Shown: in pieces, positions 26,440-38,629 of the stretch | Layout: every line of letters begins with the position of its first letter | Numbering within the stretch: position 1 is the first letter of the stretch | DNA from: Eledone cirrhosa | Lineage: Eukaryota | Direction of reading: 5' to 3' | NCBI GenBank assembly: GCA_964016885.1 | Contig: OZ024740.1 | Coordinates: 402,504,001 to 402,568,000 of the forward strand | DNA: 64,000 nucleotides | Made by a program: the position numbers and the translations under genes | The notes under the pieces: generated by a model | Databases searched by the model: none | Told to the model about the DNA's origin: nothing | The model's input: only the letters and a program-made list of their open reading frames with translations

Positions 26440-27045
26440 CATGTCAGCCCAAATGAGCAGATGTATAAATTCAGTTGTCTAAAGGAGACCAAGGACTGAG
26501 AAATGTAGGGAAGTTTGACCTAGGGAACGGAAATGAGCGACGAGAGCAACCATACCGAGTCGTATGTTACTCAAATGTTCAGCAAAAACAGTCCGCCAAA
26601 CGGTGTCCTGTTATAGGATGTTATAAGGATCTGTAAAGGAACAAGTGGGTGTAGGTGCAGATGAAAGAGTGGCAGATACAGAATGAACTATTGGTGCATG
26701 TGAGAGTGGGAGCGTAGAAATAAAGGGACAGGTGTTATAGCGGGGACGAGAACAGGGATGAGAGCCGGGTGGAGTCATAGAAGAGGAGTGTAAGGAACTC
26801 CATACGAGGGGCTCATGGAGATTACCGAAGGGCTTAAACGCGGTGGTTGGTGGGTTTGGAGAAAAGCGGGAAGTGACGGGTCAGAAGAGATGGTGCGAAA
26901 GCAAAGGAGAAAATGTCATCGGAGAGGTGGTAGAGGAGAGGGAAAGGAAGGCTCGTATTGGGAGGGTGGTAGTGGAGTGAGAGGTCTGTGATACGGTCGG
27001 TTTCACGGGCCCAGGTGAGGGCAACATGGATCAGGGTGGGGAAAT
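26440..27045 (-). mobile_element. Penelope-like element coding remnant (thumb, Cys linker, GIY-YIG C-terminal part)
   Basis: Minus-strand translation across frameshifts: FPTLIHVAL, FKPFGNLHEPLVWSSL, PGSHPCSRPRYNTCPFI, GHRLADC..EHLSNIR, VAHFRSLG. Confidence 0.7.
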
Positions 27046-27800
27046 ATACATATATATATATATACATATATATATAGAGAGAGAGAGTATATATATAGAG
27101 AGAGAGATAGGGAGGAGAAAGAAAGAGCGAGAAACAGTGAGAGAGTGAGGGAAAGAAACAGACCGACAGGGAGAAATACGTAATTATATTGATTTGATAG
27201 GTGGTCATGCAAATAATCACATGGGTAGATACATAGAGAGTGAAGATACATAGATATATGTACACACGTGAGTGTAATATGAATAGTTGTTCAAACAGAC
27301 TAGATATTCTACTCAAATAACCTTGAATAAACCTTGAATTGTCTCTGGCTAATCAGAATCAACTGTAAAACCTCAGATCACTTTGAAATAACAAGGTAAC
27401 TTTGGCTAATACATCTCCCTAATATAAGCAGCAATCTCAATAGTATACTTAAATTATTCTAAATTAACACAATATGTTTGAAGAAGTAATCCGATATCCA
27501 AAATTGGATACGGTAGTTATTATAACTGTTGCTAATCACAATTGTCAAAGGATCTCTCGGACTACGCCCAGGATACATTGATATTTCAAAACTTTTTCCC
27601 CTTGGAGTAAACGATTGTGGTAGTGGGTGCTTTTGCCATCTTATTCTAAATAGTAATCATATAATTTATTTCTTCGTTATTGCCGTGATCCCAAAGTAGT
27701 TTTGAAATATATATAGAAAATGCCAAGTAAACCCTACAAGTAATGGGATATGTGACTCATTAATCAATGTACTTGTGGTAAATAAAACAGATTTATTATT

Positions 27801-28006
27801 GGTTTCTAGATTAGATATAAGGCCAGCTTTTGGGAGTAGAGGAAAGATAATTAAATTGACTCTAATATTTCGAGTGGTACTATATTTACCCGACTTATGA
27901 AGGATGACGGGTAAAGCTGACGTCGTTCAGATTTGAACTTAGAATGAGAAGAGTCGGTAGAAATACAACTATGCATTTATTCTATCCCGTAACAATTCTG
28001 CCAATC
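27801..28006 (-). mobile_element. tRNA-derived SINE, diverged
   Basis: ggtactatattt..aggatga..gatttgaact..ttctgccaatc. Confidence 0.65.
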
Positions 28007-28832
28007 GAAGAAACTGGCTAGTTTTATTAATATAGCTTCAATTACAGGTATAGGTATCTTTAAGAAATAGGCGTGTTTATCAATTAATATTGCATAGTGT
28101 TTCTACTTTTGTTCGTGTAATGTAATATAATATGTTGTAAAATCTCAATATTGTGGATGCATTCAAAGTCGGCAAGAATACATAACACTTTTTTGTCCAA
28201 TGTACCAATTAGAGTCCTAAAGTTTACAATTTTATGTTTCCATTAGAATATGTTATTAAATATATACAATACAAATGCATACAATATAATATATTATATA
28301 TTATTCAGCAGGTTACAGCCTTGAGCTTTCTTGATGATGAGATGTTGAATTCTTTGTTTAGTTGTAATAAATAATTAACGCTGTTTTATGGGTGCAATAC
28401 ATATTTTATTCTATTTAATGAGTTTTGTGAATACATGTTCATCTCCTATATAGCTAGGGTTTATATGTTAATATAATACAATTTAATATGTGCTTTGATT
28501 ACTGTCTTTGTTGCATTTATTATGCTCAATTTGTTTATCTATTCTTTTTAATTTGCACTACATATTCATTCGTATATCACTTATCAACTTGCAAATGTTT
28601 TATTCTTTTGATTAATGTTTATAATGATCATGGAAGGGCGACTGAAACCTCTTATAAGTAGGCATTTTATATACATTTCGGGATTCACTATTTCCATAAA
28701 GGTATATGAGGTTATTGTTATTATAAATAAATGCAGGTGTAATACAATCTTACATACATGTATACATACATACATATATATGTATATACATATATATATA
28801 TACATACATAAATGCATACATACATACATACA

Positions 28833-28863
<31 letters not shown>

Positions 28864-28969
28864 GTACATACATATACACATATATATATATATATACATA
28901 CATACATGCATACATACATACATTCATACATACATACATACATATATACATACAGACATACATACATAC

Positions 28970-29010
28970 ATGATGGCTGCCCCTCGTTATCGAGTATTGC
29001 TATTACACGA
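28970..29010 (-). mobile_element. Family Y 3' end, separated from its body at 32060-32358
   Basis: tgatggctgcccctcgttatcgagtat matches 11106-11135. Confidence 0.7.
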
Positions 29011-29075
29011 GAAAAAAAAAATATATTAATAACAATAATAACAACAATAATAATAACGACGACAACAACAATAAT

Positions 29076-29144
<69 letters not shown>

Positions 29145-29189
29145 GACGCACACACATATACATATCTATACACATACACACACGATAGC

Positions 29190-32002
29190 AACTAACAGCG
29201 CTGCGATCGAATGTGGCTTTTTAGCCCAGCCAATGATCTAAAATGTCTTGCACAGAGTCGGCAACCAAAACATTCACTGGGAATAGCCGGCTGTGGTTGG
29301 AGTTCATGTACTTTTGCATGTCACTTGAGCCCTCCTGCTGATTTACATTCTGTACCACATGCTTGGCAAGCATGATGAGTAGCATCTCCAACAGCAGCCT
29401 GGTAGTCAACCACTGGTCTTACTTTATGACTGCGAAGATGACTTTCGAGTCCAGCTTTGCTTAGGCAGAGTCTCGCACAGACGCTGCATGTCAGCACCAT
29501 AGGAGGACCCTAGCCGTCTGGACGTGCAACAGCAATGCCCTTCCTCACATCCCGCTTTACTTGACAACGATTTTCTTGAGACTGACAGTCAATCCTAGGG
29601 CAGTGCAAGCGTCAGAAAATGCATTGAAAATGTGCTGCATATCAATCTCTGTGCGCTACAAGATCACAATCATCTGCATACAAGAGGTCTCTTATGATTG
29701 ATGTAAATACTTTTGTCTTTGCAGCAAAGCGCCTGATGTTAAATATGCTGCCTGAGGTTCGATATCGGATGTAAACGCCATGCTCGGAATTCCTGAATGC
29801 AATACAGAAAACCATTGCAAAGTATATGGCAAACAGGGTCGGTGCTGGAATATCCCCCTGTTTCACTCCATTTTTTTTACTGAGATAGGCTCCGACATGT
29901 CACCTCCGACATTAACCCAAGCCTTCATGTCGTCATGGAAAGACCTAACTAAAGCAAGGAACTTCTCAGGGCAACCAAGTTTCTGGAGAACCTTCAACAA
30001 TTCATTTCTCTTAACAGTATCGAAAGCTTTTGTCAGATCGACAAAAACCTGATACAGATCCAAACCTTGTTCCCTGCATTTCTCCTGGGGTTGTCTAGCT
30101 GAGAAGATCATATCAGTAGTGCCACGTCCAGCACGAAAACCAGATTGACTTTCAGGAAGAACACAATCTGCAATATGTGTCAGCAGACGGTCCAGAAGCA
30201 CCCTACATAAAACTTTCCCTACGACAGAAAGCAATGATATACCTCTGTAGTTCCCACAATCATTCCTATTACCCTTTCCCTTGTACAAGACCACCATTAC
30301 TGCATCTCTCCAGTCCTCAGGTACGGATCCATTAGCCATATCCTGCCAAACAAAGAGTGAAGATGTTGCAGGAATCTCTCACCACCATATTGTGGAGACC
30401 TTCAACTGTTCAGCTTCGAGATAGCCAATGCAACCTCCACAAGTGTCGGAGGTTCTGCGAGAACTACTTTCACAGGACTTTCTGTTATTTAACGACAGAC
30501 GACTGATTCAAAAGATCATCAAAGTGCTCTCGCCACCTTCGTAGAATTCCTTGTGTGTCACGAAGAAGTTATTTGCCATCCTTGCTGCGAACCGGTGTCA
30601 CCAGAGAAGAAGACGGTCCATAAACCTCACGCAAGAAACTGTACAACAGCTTTGTGTTATTGGAATCTGACGCAGTTAGTATGTCATCAGCATTCTCACT
30701 CCACCACTGATCCTTCATCTGAGAAAGACTCCGCCTAACACGTGATTTTACATCCTTGAGTTCCTCATGCAACGTGTTCCTCTCCTGTGGTTTTGCCGTC
30801 AAGTAGCGTGACAGATCACGCCTATTATCAGCCAACAAGTCTTCTTAATGAGAATGTACATCATTCTCAGTAAACCAGTCCTGACGTTTTCTCTGCACCA
30901 ATCCCAGAACACGCCTGCCTTCATCATAAACCGGCTTTTTAAGGGTCGGCCAATCCTCACCAAGATCTGCAACCTGCATCTCTTCTTGCAATGACCTCTT
31001 CACATTTTCATCCTTAAGACGAGCAGCATTCACTCTTTTGTGCAGGGCAACACCAGGAGCCCGGATTTTACGTTTAGTGATTAGTTTCACTTTTGCGCGT
31101 ACCAGGCGGTGGTCCGTCCAGCACTCAGCTCCACGAAGAGCACGAACACACTTCACATCCTGTCTGTCACGCATCCTGACTAGGACGTAGTCCAAAAGAT
31201 GCCATTCCCTAGTTGCAGGATGCATCCATGTGGTCTTGAATTTGTTCTTTTGTTGGAACATGGTGTTGGTAACACACAGATCCAGCTCCTCACACATCTG
31301 CAGCAGGAGCATACCATTGTTGTTACACTTTCCCACCCATGCCTTCCAATTACATTCCATGTGTTAAAATCCCTACCCACTCTAGCATTAAAGTCACCAT
31401 GCACGATGACTTTGTCTGCCTGAGGGATATTTCTTAAAACATCTTTCAAGGCACGGTAAAAGGACATTTTTTATTCATCGACAGAATTCATAGTTGGAGC
31501 ATACACACTCACCAGGGTCGCATATCTTCCTTTGTCCAGCGGAATTCTCATGGACATAAGACGCTCACTAATCCCTACTTGGAAATCTAATTTATTCACA
31601 AGAACAGTCTTAACAGCAAATGCAACCCCAGCCTCTCTTCTGGTTCCTTCATCTCTTCCTTTCCAGAAGAAAGTATATTCTCCACAAAATTCTGTAAGAT
31701 GACCATCTCCAGCTAACCTCGTCTCAGATAAAGCCACGATGTCAAGATCGTAACGTCGAAGCTCCTTTGCAACAAGAGCGGTCCTTCGTTCAGGACGCTC
31801 GCTCCAAGGAATCCCTGTCAAGCAGCGTCCGTACGTTCCAGCAGCCAAGACTAAATGCCGTGTTTCGTTCTATTACAATGGCACGATGACGAGTGGGCTC
31901 AGGCTGTGATAACCTGGGGCCCCTGCCCTTATTGCCAATTATCTTTTTTGTTCCAGAACCTAAATTGCCAATTATCTCTTTTATATTATTCTGGAACATC
32001 AT
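29190..32002 (-). mobile_element. RTE-clade LINE, decayed and internally deleted
   Basis: APE: LGCWNVRTLLD, RRTALVAKELRRYDLDIVALSETRL, GDFNARVG, TDH. RT: NYRGISLL, ESQSGFRAGRGT, FVDLTKAFD, KQGD.PAPTLF, LLYADD. C-terminal zinc fingers; multiple frameshifts. Confidence 0.93.
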
Positions 32003-32059
32003 TGAATTGGGAAAAAAAAAAGTAATAATAATAGTAACAATAATAAAAATAATAATAAT

Positions 32060-32358
32060 TCACTATTAATAATTATTAATTAATGCAATCGTGCAATGCC
32101 TGTGCGTGAAGAATATTTTTAAAGTGAAGAAAGACTGTGCACTGAGCCAATCCCACTCTCTGAGCGACAGTAGCTATAACCCGAAAAGAAGAAAAGATCA
32201 ACATCATCGGTAACTACTGAGCCGCAGCTTTTATGTCGGAGTTAACCCAGTTTCCTGAGATGCCTTCTCCTAGAAGAATGCTTTGACAAGGGCTAGGGGT
32301 GTTCAATCCCAGTGGTTTAACTGTGCGATCGGGCATCCCGCCCGATTATTTCTATATT
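32060..32358 (-). mobile_element. Family Y body
   Basis: High similarity to 11150-11418. Confidence 0.75.
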
Positions 32359-32360
32359 AA

Positions 32361-32710
32361 ATGTGTTCTGTTGTGGAGATCAGCTGCCTACTTGATGTAA
32401 ACGTAGTCAGAAAAATACAGGACAAGGAGGACATCTACGGACCATTGATGAGGAGTTTACAAATCCAGTATCCAAGATACACCTTTAGCTTCATACCCAT
32501 CATTATTGGAGCTACGGGTTATATACCAACCCGCTTGGACCAAAGTATGACTGAACTTGGATTTGCGGACAAAAAGCGCAGCTCCCTAATTCATAGTCTA
32601 CAAATGGCTGCGATAGCTGGCACCTTCAAAATTTGCAAAACATTCTTGCGATTCAAGGGATGACAATTTCTTTTCTTTTACCACCTTGCCACCAGCAAGG
32701 TGGCCGGTCA
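32361..32710 (+). mobile_element. R4/Dong-like element, extreme 3' fragment
   Basis: CSVVEISCLLD..KEDIY..FIPIIIGATG..GTFKICKTF is homologous to 20436-20846 but clearly divergent. Confidence 0.8.
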
Positions 32711-33381
32711 AAAAAATATACTCGAAATTAAGAGAAAGAGATAACAAATACATACATGCATACTCATGCGCATGTGTACTCGTGTTTATTATTATAGGCA
32801 ATTGGGAATATGCAGAAAAAAAATTCATCGCTCCTTAAATACTCATACCTAACAATAGAACATGTAATATTTGTTATAAGTTGCGCGTCTACAAAAATCT
32901 ATGAGGTGTATATAGGGCTCCCGGAAAACTGGGAACACATTCTCAGTAAAAAGATGCTTTCCTATAAAGATGTTCTTAGAATTATAAACCCTTACACCCA
33001 AACGAAACTTGTCAATATAAACAGAGTAATAAACACAATTCTTACAATAATAAGCTTAACTACACACTGTATGCACGGAATAAGAAGGATATGAGGACAG
33101 CAAATGTCCGATTTGAGAAAGAATAAAAAAACAACTGCGTGGAATGTTTGTTCCTTAATTTGTAATATCTGACGTCTCACTGGAATGCAACATCTCATCT
33201 TTGGAAAATGCAACTAGAAATTCAATTACGAGAATAGAGATTTATAATAAATAAGAAAACACATATATATATATATATGTATATATATTTCGTATCTCCA
33301 AAGACATACGGTTTTAGGAAGCCGTAGCTATGCAAACACCTGGGGTCTAACGCCCTCTGGTGATGTTCAGCAAAGGGGACA

Positions 33382-33425
33382 ACCGTCTATGCATTTCAGG
33401 CTTAACTGGCCTTCATCAGGACGGC
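33382..33425 (-). ncRNA. Minimal type I hammerhead ribozyme
   Basis: Minus strand reads gccgtc CTGATGA aggc-cagttaa-gcct GAAA tgca TA gacggt: intact core, stems I and II, palindromic stem III. Confidence 0.9.
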
Positions 33426-34506
33426 CCCTCCCACCGCTTGCGACTGCTGGACTAGAAGACAGGCGAGAATATATACTTTTCTCGTCTGTGTAAATGAGGT
33501 GATTAATCTCATTTGTATATAAAGCTGCATAAGTTGGCTCAACTTATAATAAAAAAAAAAATAGGATTTCGCTTCAAGCATAGCTTTATACAATATGTAT
33601 AAACATGTTGTATCTCCAAAGAAATATTAGAATATATAAGAACAAGATATTTGCAAGAATTTATAGTGATGTGAATGAATAGAAATGGTGGTACTGCATC
33701 TACGTAATATAAAAATGTGCTATTAATCAACATATAGTCGGTATGTAACTTTCATTTGTTACAAGTGTTGCACATTTGAGTTTTAAGATCGTTTCGAGTG
33801 TGGATGTAAGTTTTGAGATAGCAATTTCAATGCAGAAATAAATATCCTCGAAGGACCACATTACAAATTCTGTTGTAATCTGTTTGTTTTTAGACAATTA
33901 TAAAATCCTGAATATAAAGAGATTCAAGGTAATCAGAATTAGTCGTTTAATATTTCATTTGAAAGAGAAAGCTACGCAATATCATTTCTATATATAATTT
34001 CATAATCGAATGATCTATCGCGTCCGCTAACACATCGGTGATCTGTTGCCCCAGGGGCTGGACAGCAACATTGCCAAATGCTTTATAGTAGGGAGAATGA
34101 TCTTTACACCACAGGTCACATTTTCGTGTGAGTTGACACGATCACAGATATTTTCTTCGGTCGGTACCTCATCGGGCTAGGATCCACCTACGATAGAGCT
34201 CTCGAAAGAAAAGGCCATTGATGCCAGTGCTTATTACTACTGAACACATAGGGTATAGGTAGAGGTAGTCAGAGAAAAGTTTTATCAAAGCTGTTGTTAC
34301 AAGGATAGTTGAATTGGCGGGTAAAGCGTCATTTTCTTCATAATTAGAACATCGAATAGGTTTGGTAATCGTGTGTTGCATTCCTTTTCTGGGTAGCGAA
34401 GCAAAATAAAAAAGAAGGTACGTATTAGCGAATGCTTCTATTTCATTCAGCAGATGTATGATCACATATCTCAAGCCAAGACCATTCCTTATTTTAGATG
34501 TATCAA

Positions 34507-34621
34507 GGAAGAAGAAGAAGAAGAAGAAGAAGAAGAAGAAGAAGAAGAAGAAGAAGAAGAAGAAGAAGAAGAAGAAGAAGAAGAAGAAGAAGAAGAAGAA
34601 GAAGAAGAAGAAGAAGAAGAA
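34507..34621. repeat. (GAA)n microsatellite
   Basis: Direct reading. Confidence 0.95.
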
Positions 34622-35534
34622 TGCTGATAGCTAAATATGACAACAATCATAGTGGCGGTGGTGTTGATGACAAAAATTATGTTAGTGGCAATGATGATCC
34701 GATGATGTGAATGAATATGAAGATGCCCACGACACTGTAAAGCAGACCCCCCGACACCAGTTAGGAAACTGCGTGATCGTTCAAATGAAGATGCATTTTA
34801 TAACAATAAAAGTAACTATATTTTTAAAATAAACGGGAAATATAGAAAGTATTAAAGGAATAGAGAAGGTAAAAGATAATATGGGAGCATCAATGAACAC
34901 GGACATAAATTAAATAAAAGAATAGCGAGAATAAAATAAGATGCAAAGATAATTATATACTAGCAAATGAATTGCTAATGAAATACGATGTCTTACTATT
35001 TATACTTGAGATTAAAATGAAGGCTGGAAAAACAAGGAAAAAGAATTTAGACCATCCCTGCCCCGCCGAAAAAAACTGTGACGGAAGGAAAAGGAAAAGA
35101 TTGTAGAGCGCCAACGAAAATCAGGAAGTAATAAGAAGGAAGAATTGACAGATAATGCTTCTGAATGATATTTGAGATTGTCTACAGCGGAACCTACGAC
35201 GCCAAATAGCACTGCTCCCGTTCGTTTTGGTGAGAGTATTTGACGCCGGTGAAGTTCTGTAGCATCCTATGTTTGAACGACATTACATGACAGTAATGGG
35301 CAGGTTGCCAACAGCGACAGTTATAATGTTTGGGTTCATTCCTCGTCAGTCATAGTTTTAAGACAACAAGCAAAGATCAGGCTGTGGTGGGGTGGAGTGG
35401 AATGAGGTGAGCGGCGATTTTGATAGTGAAAATGGTCCAATCTTGCTATCATATACTTATGTACACACACAGGCTTGCGTGCGCCCGCACACTCACACAC
35501 ACACAAATATATAAACGTATACATAAATACATAC

Positions 35535-35687
<153 letters not shown>

Positions 35688-35892
35688 AATATATATATAT
35701 AAATATATATATATAGAATATATAAATATTACATATATATAAATATTACACATACAAACATCTATATATATAACTATCTATATATCTCTCTCTTTATATA
35801 TATATATAGATAGATATATAGATGTCTGTATGTGTAATATTTATATATATGTACATATATGAAGAGAGAGAGAGAGAGAGGGATGGGGAGAG

Positions 35893-35959
<67 letters not shown>

Positions 35960-36580
35960 GTTCAAATGTATTTAGAGAATTATATATGCTAGTGTATAAT
36001 TGCTATGTTGTTTCAGAATTAGCCCACTGCAGTTAAATATTATATTGTTCTGAAAAAAAGGTAGATTTAGGGAGAAAAAGTTGGAAGGACAGACATAAAG
36101 AAAGAGGAAATATAACCGAATATATAAATGGAAAAATTAGGTTTCAAACCATTTAAAAGGTAATTCATCCAGCTATATATATATATAATTGGATGCTTAG
36201 TAAAATCGAATCTTTGGCGGTGTGCAAGCAAATTCGACCTACTATATGAAGAGTTAGCAAAGCACTCGCAAGGTAGGTCCTTAGAGTAATAACATACGTT
36301 TAAATAGCTTGACAAATTGAACATTGTGGTAGGCAAAATCTAAAACACAATACCAAAGTAACGAAAGAACTAACAGGTAGAGAAAAAATACACCTGGACA
36401 AATCAAACGTTATGCGTTTAAAGTGTTTCTATAAAATCCCAAATCAAATATCAAACATACGTAACTGGCAAGCTCGTGGTATTCAAGATCGAACAGAGGA
36501 TATATTTCATCAATAGGATGTCGTTCTACCAAAGAACACGGAGACATACTAAAAGCAAATCGGATTTTTAGTTGTCACTC

Positions 36581-36740
<160 letters not shown>

Positions 36741-36868
36741 ATGTAGGAGGTGAGTTTTATTGTAGTACAATAAAGCAATGCAGATATCGGATAAAAAGCA
36801 CTCTACAGTTTGTAGGACTGGAGTATACATAATATATAAGATCGAAAGATGATTAAAAGAGTTCCATG

Positions 36869-36939
36869 TATTTTATTATGCGCATTTCAAAAACAAATAT
36901 CATCATGCAATAGCATTTGTGTTTTCATCAGATAAAATA
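36869..36939 (-). ncRNA. Type I hammerhead ribozyme
   Basis: Minus strand reads tattttat CTGATGA [36-nt stem-loop II] GAAA tgcgca TA ataaaata. Confidence 0.85.
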
Positions 36940-37042
36940 GGAAGACATGATATGAAGGATAAAAACACTTGTGGATAAAAACATATGTTCATTTAAAACT
37001 GCACTATCCACAAGTGTTTTTAACCTTCATGTCATGTCTTCC

Positions 37043-37113
37043 TATTTTATCTGATGAAAACACAAATGTTATTGCATGATGATATTTGTTTTTGAAACGC
37101 GCATAATAAAATA
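37043..37113 (+). ncRNA. Type I hammerhead ribozyme (mirror copy, one stem III mismatch)
   Basis: tattttat CTGATGA (37051) [stem II] GAAA (37094) cgcgca TA ataaaata. Confidence 0.75.
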
Positions 37114-37214
37114 CATGGAACTCTTTTAACCATCTTTTGATCTTATATATTATATGTATATATATACATATATGTATATGTATACATATATATATAAATG
37201 TATATATATATACA

Positions 37215-37414
<200 letters not shown>

Positions 37415-37441
37415 TGGTTATACAACAGTTAGTTCACCATA

Positions 37442-37481
37442 CCGAGAACAATTGTTTCACCTTCGCGGATCTTCAGCTCGG
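37442..37481 (-). ncRNA. Minimal type I hammerhead ribozyme in a 92-bp island
   Basis: Minus strand reads ccgag CTGAAGA tcc-gcgaa-ggt GAAA caattg TT ctcgg. The first stem II pair is a U-U mismatch. Confidence 0.8.
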
Positions 37482-37503
37482 GATGTGTATAGTGTTCCAC
37501 CAC

Positions 37504-37795
<292 letters not shown>

Positions 37796-37994
37796 GTGGG
37801 TGTATGGCTGCACAAGTGCGTGTGTGTATATATGTACCTGTATGCCTCTTCTCTTATGTGAGGTTGAATGTGAAAAACTGTCGTAATTTAGTGGTAAGGG
37901 AATATATTGAAGAATTATCAAGAGGAAAACTATTATTCCATGTGTCGAGTAGTCTATTGAATAATGGTGGTACTAATTTAATACTAGTTTAAAC

Positions 37995-38059
<65 letters not shown>

Positions 38060-38061
<2 letters not shown>

Positions 38062-38250
38062 ATAATAATAAATGTGAAGACTAAAATCCGAAGAGGGCTC
38101 GATAAGGATAATATATAAAACCGTATAAAATATATAAAGCCATAGAGCATATGTTTATTAAAATAACAGATTAAAGTTTAAGCAAAGATATGAAGATCCT
38201 GTTAAGGGAGAAAGAAGAGATTCTTTGCTTAAACTTTAAACTGTTATTTA
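38060..38250 (-). mobile_element. Family E copy 2, with a further fragment at 38271-38312
   Basis: Matches 2580-2791. Confidence 0.75.
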
Positions 38251-38448
38251 AATATATATATATATATATATTAAAATTACAGATTAAAGTTTAAACAAAG
38301 AATCGCTGCTTCTGAAATTAAAAAAATCAATCTGTGAACGCAGAAGTAAATATTTCAAAAAACGTTGCAACCGAAGGAAGACAGGAAGCCGATATTTTGG
38401 TTCGTAGAAATGTTCCCTGGCAAATAACAGATAAAGACAAAGATAATT

Positions 38449-38629
38449 GTTTCTACTTTTGGCACAAGGCCAGCAAATACCTAGTAAATTACTGGTACTT
38501 TATTTTATCGACCCCGTAAGGATGAAAGGCAAAGTTGACCTCGGCGGGATTTGAACTCAGAATGTAAAGGGCCGTAACTCTATGCGTCAAAGCATGGTGT
38601 CTGACCCTCTACTGATACTGCCAATCCAC
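38449..38629 (-). mobile_element. tRNA-derived SINE
   Basis: Same family as 22357-22539; B-box GAGTTCAAATCC. Confidence 0.85.
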
